Below, in pieces: positions 43,742 to 55,200 of a stretch of 64,000 nt of DNA; the first letter of the stretch is position 1, and each line of letters opens with the position of its first letter. Where the stretch lies: assembly GCA_000004985.1 (NCBI GenBank), contig GG738864.1. The stretch is one strand, 5' to 3'. Below the pieces are notes generated by a model. That model did no database searches and was not told where the DNA came from. It was given only the letters and a program-made list of their open reading frames with translations. Both the position numbers and the translations under genes were made by a program. Origin of the DNA: Naegleria gruberi (Eukaryota).

Positions 43742-44157
43742 ATTTGGCCAATTTACTTGATCTGTGTAATGTAGTTGATTCCGTATCACAATCATGTTGT
43801 TGACAAATTATTCTTGTTATGTTATTAATTATTGAAACTCTACCCAAAGTTTGCTTGCTGTTGCACTTGTTGTTGCTGTTGTTGAATATGAATGTTTTGC
43901 GCGTAAATATTCGGTTGTTGTGTTTGCATTTTTTTTATTTGAATTTAAAAAGTTAGAAATTTTGGCGGCAACATTTAGAAAATACTAATTAAGATGACTA
44001 AGTGTTGTTAATATAACAATAAATGAAATTATTAATAGACTCTTTATTCTATCTTTACAAAAAATTAAAGGATTTAATAAACAATTAACGATTTACAAAA
44101 TGATAATACATATAATACGCCATAATGGTGGTGTGAAATAAGTTAAATAGGAAAAAT

Positions 44158-45650
44158 TTAAAGCTTCTTGGCAAACTCGACTTCTTCTTCGTCTTCCTTA
44201 AGGAATTCAATGAAATCTCCGAGACTCTTATCCTTGTATTCCTCAGATGTTGGATCATATTTAAATACATATTCATCTTCGGTTCCTTCCTTCAGTTTGA
44301 AAAGATCTTGATTCCACTTTTGTCCATTTTCTTCTCTCTTCTTTCTCAATCCACGTTGTTTTTCTTCAATCAAGTTCTTTTGTACGTTTGCATCTTCGAA
44401 TTCACTATCAGCTAAAGCTTTGGTGACCTTGTGCCAAACTCTACGAGATTCGTTTAATTTTTGACTGGCAACCTTCTTTACAAACCATGGAGCATGTTCG
44501 ACTTCCTTAGAATCAAAGAATAAGCTTTGTTTCTTGGTCTTGACACTACGGATTTGAACTTGACCAGTGATTGATCCATTAACCTTGTAGAGACGGTTTC
44601 CATCCTTTTTGATAGAACCCTTAATTTCATTGTCAGTACCAGATTTGAATTGAATCTTGGCAGAATAACCAGTACCTGGGCAAGAGATTTTCAAATCTTC
44701 ATTGATTTCAATACATTGAGTTCCCCATATTAATCCCTTGGCAACAACCCATGGGAAGACAATTTCATACACTTCGGTTTCTGGTTGGTTCAAGAAACGC
44801 ATTGTGATTGTACCTTCCAAGACAATTGATGCACTGTTACCATGGAATTTACTCTTAGGTTTTATCATGGCATTAACGAGGAGATTGTTTTTACGGTTCA
44901 TCAATACACAGGAAGCCATTGGGGGATGGTGAGATACTTGTTCCGCAATATATTCTGTTTTAGAAATTTCACCACTTGATGGATCCTTATGGATCCATTT
45001 ACAAGCAAAAACTTCACCAATAATTGGATTGTATGGTTTGGCTTGCATAATACCACCACGAGGTGTGTGGCTGGTATTACTCAACCACCATTTCAAAACT
45101 GAGATGAAACGTTGTTCTGGATCGAATGATTTGTGGGCACTTTAAAGAAACAAGAAACGTCATTATGTTGTATGTTTGACAGATTTAACACAAAAAGTTC
45201 AAGTGTCATTTTTCGGTTGATGATGAGTTGAAAAAGACGATTGGAGTTGAAAACAAAGTTTGTTGATAGATAAAGTAGATGATCGTGTCCAATAGATAAA
45301 GATCGTACGATTTTTTGATGAAGAAAATTAAATACTACAAAAGTTAAACTAATTACATACCTCAAGATATAATTTTGTGGTCTAACAAAGTAGGAAATAT
45401 ATTCAAGCATACTGATTGGAGCCAACAACGCGGATGGGAGAGAAATTCTGAACAAGTCTGCTCCGGTACGCAATTGTTTAACAACATCCATAATGATTGA
45501 TCCTCTGCTAATACCCTTTTCCTTCAAGGTTGATTCCTCAGCTTTAAATTGAGTTTGTCCATAATACTTTTGTTCTGTTGCGAGTTGTTCATCTGTTGGT
45601 TCGATATCCAAAATTTCGCTACCAGTTGTTGATGTTGGGGTGTCAGACAT
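44158..45650 (-). CDS. Oxysterol-binding-protein-related protein (short ORP, ligand-binding domain), 2 exons
   Basis: Exon 1 ...LEYISYFVRPQNYIL then GTATGT. Exon 2 ...KPYNPIIGEVF...EQVSHHPPMASCV (OSBP signature EQVSHHPP). TAA stop. Confidence 0.7.
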
Positions 45651-46344
45651 TTTTTTTCGATGAGTAACGTTCCTATGCGTATTTTCTGTCGTGATGATGC
45701 ATTAAATTTTTTGGCTTGGATCTCAATCGCGCACAAAATTTCAAAAGGACGCTTGTATTTAAAGTACAACAGCAGATGGACCTCAGGTAAGGAATACCAT
45801 GTGACCTTTGGGTGTATTGAAATTGATATTTTACCAAGAGGTTCATTGGTGCTAATGATGTTGATGAACAGCAAGAATATCCCGTCCTATTGGTTTGTTC
45901 TCATCATTTTGTCGAGAATGCAGAGAGTGCAAAAAAGGCTCTTAATATTCCGTGGAGCTTTAATGGACTCTAAGAATCTCTAATCAAATAAATACTACTT
46001 ACGAATCGTTCCAACATTCGAAACATATGAAAAAGAATTTTCTTGATAATCATCATATTATAATGAATTAGATGGTGGCTAATGAGTAATGATGAATGGA
46101 TAATTATCCATTCATTCTAAATGGACGCTCTATGAAATCCTGACATACACTCGTTGAGGGAACATGGTTTTTTCAACGTTTAAGAGATGCTCATCTCTTC
46201 ATCGTTTGAAATTTACGATTGTATAGTTCATTCAATGGAGAAAAATGGTCTTCTTCCTTGTTTGCTGTTTGACTATATGAAGAATATTAAGGTATTTAGA
46301 AAATTACAAAAATATATATAACATTGAAGAATTGTATTGAGAAA

Positions 46345-49300
46345 TTAAGTATCTTCCTCCTTAACAGTGTAGAGGTGAGAATGTTTGTATACATGTCTAA
46401 GTTGTTCCTTAAGGAGATTGAATGGTTTTTGATGTTGTTCAATCTCAGAGTTGTGATTCATGCATTTTTCAATTAGATTCTTGCTGATATCTTGTAAGGT
46501 ATATCCAAATGATTCTCTATATACTCTAAAGAGTTTTGGAAGGATAATTATATTATTGGATTGAGAAGTAGAGTTGTTGAAATTGTTAATAATTTTGATG
46601 TTTTGTAGGAGGAATAATTCTGTTTCCTTTCTGACAAATGATTCATAGTTTTCTGGAGTAATGTATGGGAATAAAGTACAACAATTTCTCATTCTCATAT
46701 TCTTGAATTGTTGTGAGTTTGGAAGGATAGATATTTGAGATTTTTCATTCCACAATAGCTCACCATATCTGTACATTATAAATATCAATCTCAAATCAAC
46801 ATAATTAGAGTAGAAAGAAATAAATCGTGATCTTCTATCAAAAGATTTCATACCATTCCCATTCAAAACATTGATTGGAGGAGCTAACAATTTACTAGAG
46901 CCAACAATATTTTTCTGGTCGTGAGACATATCTGTAACAATACCATTAGGATAGCTCTTGTTTCCTCTCAAAATTCCATCACGAATGTCAGAAAGTGAAA
47001 ATATCAAGCCATCAACTTGATAAGCCATTCTATTATAGAAAATGAAAGTGGCATTATTTCCCACTAGTCTATACTTGCTGCTAGATCCCATTATCAATAA
47101 AGAATGATAGAATAGTGTTAAGAATAGGTTCAAAAAGAAACATCTGAATCTAACTCGTTCATTCTTTTCTTCATGAACATCCATAAGACTAGAAAGATCA
47201 ATTCTTGATAATTCATGGCAAAGAGGAAGTAACTGAGTTAGGTAAATGTGGTTTGTACACACAATTTTTCTAGAATGTTGGGATACAGTCTTGAAGAAAG
47301 TGGCATTTCGGAAATTATACTTTTCATATTTAGGGAATATTCCTTGATACATTTGTCTTAGGTATTCCATTAATTTGTAAAGAACTGCATTAGGTTCACA
47401 CCTATATGGAATGTTTTCAATCGATTCAGGATATGAAAATACGTCACTAATAGGTAAACTCATGTTAATAACTCGGATTGGGTTATCATTACTAAATCTA
47501 TACAAATAATAGCCATCAATAAATGATAGCCCATAGTTAACATGGTGAATAATGTTGGACTCAAGGAGAAGTTGATAGAATTCAACTGCTTGCTTTCTAC
47601 TTTCCATATTAATTACAACAAATGGTTGGCTGAGATCATTATTTTGGGTGTTGTTAAAATTCAAAAGCAAATCTATCGCCTCTTTAGATTCGAAACATTT
47701 TCTGTAAATCTTTCCTTTCAATAAATTATACAATGAAGTTGAATAATTACTTTGCTTTGGGTAACGAACTCTATCCAGTAGGGTAAGGTTATTCTTCAAA
47801 TAGGCTATTACAACTTGAATGTGTGAAACTAACTGATCAATATCGTGTGCCAATGGAAAGAATTTTTTAAGCTTGTTCAATACAATAATATCGTCCTTAT
47901 AGAGAAGAACCAATGAATTGATAGCAGAAAGTGGACCATCTACAATATTATTCTTAGGCTTCTTATCATTGGATGTAACTTGCTTGTACATATTAATCTT
48001 TGAAACCTCTTTCTTATTCAGGAATGATACATCATATTGATACTTTACATATTGGCCATAAATGGTTTGGTTATGAGCTGGTACAATATAAGGGGTTATT
48101 GATTTGGATTCAAACTGATTTTCAATAAAGTATTGAGAAATATATTCATCATATTCCTGTGATCTTTGAACTGATTGATCACTAATATTCTTTTCCTCAA
48201 TTAATTGGTTATTAAATTCGGTGGTATAATTAGAATACATATCCATATCATAACTAGGAATAACATTTCTTTCTATACATTTTCTTGCTTGTAAATTATT
48301 GTAAATAGAATTAACATCTACATTATAGAAATCTCTCAATACTTCAAATGAAATATTTGGATACTCATTACTCATTTTACCTTCTAATGATCTCAAAATT
48401 TCTCCCTGAGGAAGAACAGTTGTAGAGCCATTCTCGTTGAGAGTAAGCTTCATAGAGTTCATAATACTCTTAAGGATTTTTTCATTCTCTGCCACATTAT
48501 CAGAAGGTGTTGGGATTGGTGAAGTAGGTGATTTTTCTTGTTTCTTTTCGTGTGTCTTATTCTCCATTTCTTTCACTGGAAGAACTGATTCGATTTCATC
48601 TTCAACTTCAGAGTTAATAGTCAAAGAGAGCTGATCTAGCCTTTCATCACTCAGGTCTGTTATTTGTCTTGGATTATATGTTTCATCAAAATAGAGCTGG
48701 GAGGTAACTTGATTAGATACTTCCTCTTCATCATCTGAGTCATCAGAGTAATCGTCACAAGAGTCTTCTTCATCAGTAATCATACTTAAATCCCTATCAT
48801 CGTGTAAATAAATATCACCACTTTCCAAATCCCACAAATGTACTCCAAACAATCTAATGTGGAAACTTGGTTTATAGTTACCCAAAAATATATTGATAGC
48901 ATGTTGTTTCCACTCATCTTTAAAGTTACTACTATAATATCTTTTCATATTTGTCATTAAATCAGCCAAAACACCTCCTCTATTGTGAATATCAACACTA
49001 ACTGTTCTACTTCCACTGTATTGAATAGCAATATGGTCACTAACTTGTTCATACATTTGCATTAAAATTAAAATGAATTGACCATGGTGAACAAGATGAG
49101 GTGATTCAATAATTCCCAGTGAACATAATTGTTCTCCAAGAACATATTTGGCAATAATAAATTGAGCTACACCTGTTCTATCAAGACAATCAATACAATT
49201 AGTTCTTAAAACACCAGATTGTTCCTGTATCACTTTTCCATACTTGGATGTTGTGAAAAATTTACATTGTCTTACATGATTTTCTGCAATTGCATGGAGT

Positions 49301-51090
49301 TCATTCAATGCCTTTTCAGGTTTGTCTTTAATTGCATTCCTGAAATCAAATGGAACATATTCTATATGCTTCTTTTGTTTGAATGGTTCTTCATTTTTGT
49401 AAATATTCCTGTTAAGATATTCTATGCAAATCTTGAATTTTTCTCCCAATATTATTTCTCTTGGTTTTTTCTCGTGCTGTTTCACTAGATCCAGACACAT
49501 GATTGGAGAACCTTCGTATCTTTCGAATAGGTTATTGAAATGATGCATACTATCCAGATAGAGAGGATCAAATTTTGTAATAATAATATTAGGTTTTGAG
49601 AGTAGGTTTGATGTGGATGCTTTTGTTGTGGTAGTAGTAGTATTCTTTTGATCGTTTTCATCGACAGTGGTCGTGGTAGTGGTCATTGTTGTAGTGGTAG
49701 CAGTAGATTGAGACCAATATAGAGGAATACTTCCTCTCACTTGAACAAAGCTACTAAATGCACCTTGAGATTGATTATTGAATAAATGGTGATTTGCTTC
49801 ATAAACTATTTGCTCAATTTCAACATGATTGGCCACATGACCTCCATCTGAAATACCTCGTTTAAGGTATCTAGTACCAGCATAATATCGACTTCTCCTT
49901 GCAATAACTGTCAATACAATAGATATATTACTGTTACCTGTTTTAATTTGATTTTTCTGGAGTGTTTTGTTGAATTCTTCATGTTGAGAAGGTTTCATTA
50001 ATTCCTTTGAAGAGTTTCTTTTAACTGGCACTGGTTTGGTATAATCAGCAAGAGCCATTGAAACCTTGGATTGAATAAAGTGGCCATGAATGCATGGACA
50101 CATCCATTTAGACATTTTCGTCCTCTTCAATGGTTCAAGAAGATGTGAATTCCAAACAAACATATCACATGTTGTGTTTTTTGGTTCATCTCCATAAGTC
50201 ACTATTGGTGTAGAGTTTTGTTGCAATGTTTTTGTGAGATCATAGTTATAACTAAAGTAAAAATCCTGATTCAAATTAATATTATTAAATAATTCCTTAT
50301 ACTTGTCTTCGATTAACTGTTCTTGTTTTGAAAGGTTGTCATGCATAGATAATTTCACTAATTTAGTATCTTTAATTTCATAGACACTAGCATTACCAAT
50401 CATTCCAACTTTAAGTCTATCCGTTATCAAAACCAAATAATGATGAGATTTGAGTTCAATAAACCCCAAAATGCCATAAATATTATTAGTATGGAGTTTG
50501 ATATCTTGTTGAATACTCTTCATTGCAAATTTTATCATGTGCAATAGATCATTGATTTGTTTCAAGCTATACTCTCCAGCATCTTCATTTAAATAATTGA
50601 CAATGTCACAATCAGCTCCATTGGGTCTATCAATTTTTAACATTTTATACTTTGTTTTTGATCCATTGCATCCAACAAGATAAAATCTATTATATGCCTC
50701 GTATAATGTAAAGTTGCTATACTTTTCACCAAATGTAAAATCAATTTTACTATATTCACATTCAAATGATGAATTAAATTCCTGTTGAGGAATATCGTCT
50801 CCTCCCGTCTGAATATCCGTATCAGAATTGGTTGTGATGGGCTGAAATGATGAAATTGGAGGTTGAATTGGTGATGATGGTTCCACTACTTGTTCTTCAA
50901 CATTTCTCATTCGGGATTGATCTAATATTGGCGAATCATCATTGAATTCGTAGGTTGGTGATTTTTTGGATTTTTGATCACCATAGGGTGTGTTCTTTTG
51001 TGGGCTCGTATTTGAAGATGAAGGAACGAGCAACCTTTTGATGAACATTTTTTTTGTTAAAAAATCTTTTAAAGAAGCACTTAATATCAT
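46345..51090 (-). CDS. SAC-domain phosphoinositide phosphatase with a very long C-terminal extension (1581 aa)
   Basis: RTNCIDCLDRTGVAQ (the CX5R(T/S) catalytic motif) plus upstream SAC blocks (RYLKRGISDGGHVANHVEIEQIV, VQVRGSIPLYWSQ). Single exon, ATG start, TAA stop. Confidence 0.7.
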   Translation of the reverse strand: MILSASLKDFLTKKMFIKRLLVPSSSNTSPQKNTPYGDQKSKKSPTYEFNDDSPILDQSRMRNVEEQVVEPSSPIQPPISSFQPITTNSDTDIQTGGDDIPQQEFNSSFECEYSKIDFTFGEKYSNFTLYEAYNRFYLVGCNGSKTKYKMLKIDRPNGADCDIVNYLNEDAGEYSLKQINDLLHMIKFAMKSIQQDIKLHTNNIYGILGFIELKSHHYLVLITDRLKVGMIGNASVYEIKDTKLVKLSMHDNLSKQEQLIEDKYKELFNNINLNQDFYFSYNYDLTKTLQQNSTPIVTYGDEPKNTTCDMFVWNSHLLEPLKRTKMSKWMCPCIHGHFIQSKVSMALADYTKPVPVKRNSSKELMKPSQHEEFNKTLQKNQIKTGNSNISIVLTVIARRSRYYAGTRYLKRGISDGGHVANHVEIEQIVYEANHHLFNNQSQGAFSSFVQVRGSIPLYWSQSTATTTTMTTTTTTVDENDQKNTTTTTTKASTSNLLSKPNIIITKFDPLYLDSMHHFNNLFERYEGSPIMCLDLVKQHEKKPREIILGEKFKICIEYLNRNIYKNEEPFKQKKHIEYVPFDFRNAIKDKPEKALNELHAIAENHVRQCKFFTTSKYGKVIQEQSGVLRTNCIDCLDRTGVAQFIIAKYVLGEQLCSLGIIESPHLVHHGQFILILMQMYEQVSDHIAIQYSGSRTVSVDIHNRGGVLADLMTNMKRYYSSNFKDEWKQHAINIFLGNYKPSFHIRLFGVHLWDLESGDIYLHDDRDLSMITDEEDSCDDYSDDSDDEEEVSNQVTSQLYFDETYNPRQITDLSDERLDQLSLTINSEVEDEIESVLPVKEMENKTHEKKQEKSPTSPIPTPSDNVAENEKILKSIMNSMKLTLNENGSTTVLPQGEILRSLEGKMSNEYPNISFEVLRDFYNVDVNSIYNNLQARKCIERNVIPSYDMDMYSNYTTEFNNQLIEEKNISDQSVQRSQEYDEYISQYFIENQFESKSITPYIVPAHNQTIYGQYVKYQYDVSFLNKKEVSKINMYKQVTSNDKKPKNNIVDGPLSAINSLVLLYKDDIIVLNKLKKFFPLAHDIDQLVSHIQVVIAYLKNNLTLLDRVRYPKQSNYSTSLYNLLKGKIYRKCFESKEAIDLLLNFNNTQNNDLSQPFVVINMESRKQAVEFYQLLLESNIIHHVNYGLSFIDGYYLYRFSNDNPIRVINMSLPISDVFSYPESIENIPYRCEPNAVLYKLMEYLRQMYQGIFPKYEKYNFRNATFFKTVSQHSRKIVCTNHIYLTQLLPLCHELSRIDLSSLMDVHEEKNERVRFRCFFLNLFLTLFYHSLLIMGSSSKYRLVGNNATFIFYNRMAYQVDGLIFSLSDIRDGILRGNKSYPNGIVTDMSHDQKNIVGSSKLLAPPINVLNGNGMKSFDRRSRFISFYSNYVDLRLIFIMYRYGELLWNEKSQISILPNSQQFKNMRMRNCCTLFPYITPENYESFVRKETELFLLQNIKIINNFNNSTSQSNNIIILPKLFRVYRESFGYTLQDISKNLIEKCMNHNSEIEQHQKPFNLLKEQLRHVYKHSHLYTVKEEDT

Positions 51091-51104
51091 TCCGAATATT
51101 TTGA

Positions 51105-51980
51105 TTATTTATCAGAATTTGAATCATTGGATGGTTTCCTATTCGAATACGAATATTGAAGTGCAAATTTAACACAACGTTGGAAATAATGACCTTCCCA
51201 AAAGAATTTTTTGCAAGTTGGACATTTTGTGACTGTTTGACCGTACAGATCATAAATTCGTTTTCCTCCCATAATTTTGGTCAATTCTTGAATTTCTTCT
51301 TCAGTAGTTGCTTTGATACACTGTACAGGATCGTTGCATTTCAAACATCTGGTGTAAATTTTTGCTGGATGAAACATGAGGTGGAATGATTTTACAATAT
51401 CTGAAATTGAGTCATGAAACTCAACTTTTCTTGAATCAATGAAAAGATATCGAATTTGTTTTGTTTCCTCATTATTCGAATTTTCTTCATTTTCTTCCTC
51501 GTCACTATCATAATAATCTTTCACTTTTGGTTTAGTTCCCTTGTTTTCACTCTTAATTTTTGAAGCCAAAGAAGCAGATCCAGTAACTATTATTCTATTC
51601 TCTGATCTAGCTTTATAAATAATATAATTCGTGGAATAGGATGGATCACTAATACAATCATATCCCAGTAATCTGATATGTTTGGCAATTTTTGAAATAC
51701 TTGTATCAGCAATAAATTTTGTATTTCGGAAAAAGCCATTAATTTCAGTTTGTTCTTCCTCAGTACAATCCACAAGAGGTTTATCTTGTTTTAAAACTCC
51801 CTTCGGAAATGTAAAATTCGATGTTTGTTCATTATTCTCCTTTTCCTCTTGATTCAGTACGAGAGAATTTGTTTGATTGATAATAGACATCATTTCTTCA
51901 TCCAAAAATTCATCTTCCTCTCCATTTGCTTGTTCGTCCACATTCCGAGCCTCCATCATAGGTTCATTACTTGCTAACAT
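51105..51980 (-). CDS. Mut7-C / PIN-like RNase-domain protein with C-terminal zinc ribbon
   Basis: HIRLLGYDCISDPSYSTNYIIYKARSENRIIVTGSASLASKI resembles the Mut7-C domain core. C-terminal CLKCN...CPTCKK Cys pairs. Acidic N-terminus. Confidence 0.4.
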   Translation of the reverse strand: MLASNEPMMEARNVDEQANGEEDEFLDEEMMSIINQTNSLVLNQEEKENNEQTSNFTFPKGVLKQDKPLVDCTEEEQTEINGFFRNTKFIADTSISKIAKHIRLLGYDCISDPSYSTNYIIYKARSENRIIVTGSASLASKIKSENKGTKPKVKDYYDSDEEENEENSNNEETKQIRYLFIDSRKVEFHDSISDIVKSFHLMFHPAKIYTRCLKCNDPVQCIKATTEEEIQELTKIMGGKRIYDLYGQTVTKCPTCKKFFWEGHYFQRCVKFALQYSYSNRKPSNDSNSDK

Positions 51981-52216
51981 TTTTTATTTGTCTTTGCAAC
52001 AACTATTGTGTATTTCTTCAAATGGAAAAGAGTAGCATCTTCATGTTACGCTCTAAAATAGTACATTCTTATTACACCAGTTATTAATATTACCATTCAT
52101 CATCAAGTTGTTTCCTCTTCTTCCTACCTTGATAACATAAGAGAACGTTACGAAAGCAAGACTTTCTAAAAAATTTTGAAGTTGAAAAAATATTCAAAAA
52201 AATTGAATTGAAAAAA

Positions 52217-55200
52217 ATGTCCACCGTCATAGCAAAGAGCCTTCAATTCAAATTTTATTCGGACGAGGATATTGAAAAATTGTCAGTTCTCGAAGTTGAT
52301 AATGCTATTACACACGATGAATTCCAAATACCTGTGCGGGGAAGTTTATATGATCCAAAGATGGGTCTTAGGGACAATGATGGACCAATGGCAAGATGCG
52401 AAACTTGTGGATTGGTGAATACATTCTGTCCTGGACACTTTGGTCATATAAGTATTCCACAACCTGTTTTTAATGTATTGTTAAAAACCGACGTAACACA
52501 AGTTATGAATTTATGTTGTCCTTTTTGCGAAAAGTTGCATATACCAAAGGAAGAAAAGACAATATTATATTTGGTTTTGAGACTCTTAGATTGTGGATTA
52601 CCTTCCGAAGCCATGGAGTTAAACGATAAACCTCTCATGTTTTTGAGAAAGTACGGAAATGAACAAGAGGAAGAACCTATGAGCGAAGAGGAAGCAGAAG
52701 AAGGTAAAAAGAAAAAGAAGAAAAAGAAGAAAAAACTTGATTTGGAAACTGAACACTACAGATTTGAAGATGATTATCAAAAGCTTGTCTCAACTACTTT
52801 AGGTCTTATCCAACAACAAATTTTAAAATACGACGTGTCGAATGAATTGGAGCTCCATTCAAAATTCTTAAATGACGAAATTGTCTTTGATTTAAAACAT
52901 CAAATCAAGGAAAAGATTATGAAGACACATGCCCATCCACCTCTTTCCAAGATTAAGACTACAGGTTGTAGAAATTGTAAAGCTGTAAGAGTTCCATTTG
53001 CTATTCTCAACAAGGATTGTGTTGCTTTGCACGAGACTACTGTTGTTAATTTTGAATTTTTGAAAGCTCTTAAGGAATGGCATGGTAAATGTATCCACAA
53101 GGATTATGCTGACAAGAGTTTATTCGATGATGTGGACCAAGTTGATACCGTTCTTAAAAAGAGAATTGAAAAGCCATTCTGTTTAGCTAATAATTTCCAC
53201 TTGATGACAACTAAAATTTTGAAGGAAACTACTTCACTTTTCTATAATTACCTTCACACTGATGAAGTAGTAGATATGCTTGACCGTGTTTATTATAATG
53301 GTATTGAAACAGCTCTCAATGAAGTTTTATTCAAGATGGATATCAACAATGAAGAAGAACATTTATTTGATCTTATTGCTGGAAGTATCCAAGATAATAG
53401 AATCAGATATATGGATTCTTATATTTTACACTCCTTTTTTGATAACAGTCCTGCTCTCATGTTTACTAAGAAGGTTTTGGTGATGCCAGTTCGTTTCAGA
53501 CCAATTTCTCCTCTTCATATTGCTGCTAAGGAAGAAGGTAAAACTATGGTTACCTACGTTAAAACTGATATTGATATTCACTACATTAACGTTTTAAAGA
53601 CAAAGAAACTTTACGAAGATATTCAAGCTAAATTGGGAACAAGTACTATCAGATCTGATAACACAGCTATTGCTGTTTTGAGAGCTCTCCAATGTTACAT
53701 TAACGATATGTTGGACAGTACAAGTAATACTTCTTCTGGGTCAAATAGATTCTACTCATCACTTCTTAAGAAGAAGAAAACATCTACTACAACTTTGAAT
53801 CGTGGTATGAAACAATTGATGGATAAAAAGGCTGGTTTAGTCAGACAATCTATGATGGGTAAGCGTGTCAACTACAGTGCTCGTACAGTTATTTTGCCTG
53901 ATGTTGCTATTGCTTGTAATGAAGTCAGTTTCCCAGCAATGTTTGCTAAGAAGATGACATTCATGGAAACTGTCACTAACTTTAATATTAACAAGATGAG
54001 AGAATTAGTTATCAATGGTGCTAAACAATATCCTGGTGCTAATCAAATCGTTAAGAGTGGTAAAACTCAATCTGATGTTTCTTCCTCAACAGCTGTTGCT
54101 CCATATACTCGTCCTCCACTTTCAATTCAACTTAATGTTGTTAAATCAAAGAAACAAAGAGTTGCTATGGCTAATCAATTGCAAGTTGGTGATGTTGTCT
54201 ATCGTCACCTCCAAGATGGAGATATGTTGTTGATGAACAGACAACCTTCATTGCACAGACCTAGTATTTTAGCTCACAGAGCTAGAGTTATTGCTAACCA
54301 ACGTGTTATGCGTCTCCACTATGCCAGTTGTAAATCTTTCAATGCTGACTTTGATGGTGACGAAATGAATGCTCACTTTGTACAAAACCCAATTGCTCAA
54401 AGCGAAGCTCGTCAATTAATGGATGCTCAATTGTCTTTCTGTACTCCTACCAGTGGTGAACCATTGCGTGGCTTAATTCAAGATCACGTTTCATCTGCTG
54501 TCTTGTTGACTATGAAAGATAACTTTTTATCTCGTGAAGATTATCAAGAAATTTTGCTCAGTGCTAACATTTTTGATGTCAATGAAGTCATTCGCTCTGA
54601 AATTCCATCCATTTTGAAACCAACACCTTTGTGGACTGGTAAGCAAGTTATTACAAGTCTTTTGAAGCATGTTGCCAAGAAGAATACTCCAGCTGGTGCT
54701 CCAGTTTTTGGTGTCAATTTGGATTGTAAGACTAAGGTTAAAGGTACTGTTTGGGGTGCTCACAACGAAGAAGGAATGGTCATTATTAGAGATAACGAAC
54801 TCTTGACTGGTATTTTTGATAAGTCTCAAGTTGGTTCTTCAAAATATGGTATTTTGCACGCTTTTGATGAATGTTATGGTAACAACGCCAGTAATATGCT
54901 CATTTCATGTTTATCAAGAATGTTAACTTTCTACTTGCATTACTTTGCCATCAGTTGTGGTATTGATGACTGTCTCCTTTCCAAGTCTGCTGAAGCTAAC
55001 CGTATTGAAACTTTGAAAAACTCCAATGAAGCATGTCATCATGCTACTGCTTCCTACTGTGGTCTCCCAAAGAAGAAGGATGCTTCACAATATGATCACG
55101 ACAAGGTTAAGGAATTTTTGGCCAAACATATGCTTAACCCAACTGTTTCTAAACAAACAGGTGAAATTATCAATGAAAAGATTGTCCGTAAATTGGATTC

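Noticed and set aside
45524-45983. ORFs 45660-45983 (+) and 45524-45874 (-) upstream of the OSBP-related gene
   Set aside because: No homology. They overlap each other and the 5' exon or promoter of the OSBP gene, so they are likely chance ORFs in AT-rich sequence (the track also allows non-ATG starts).
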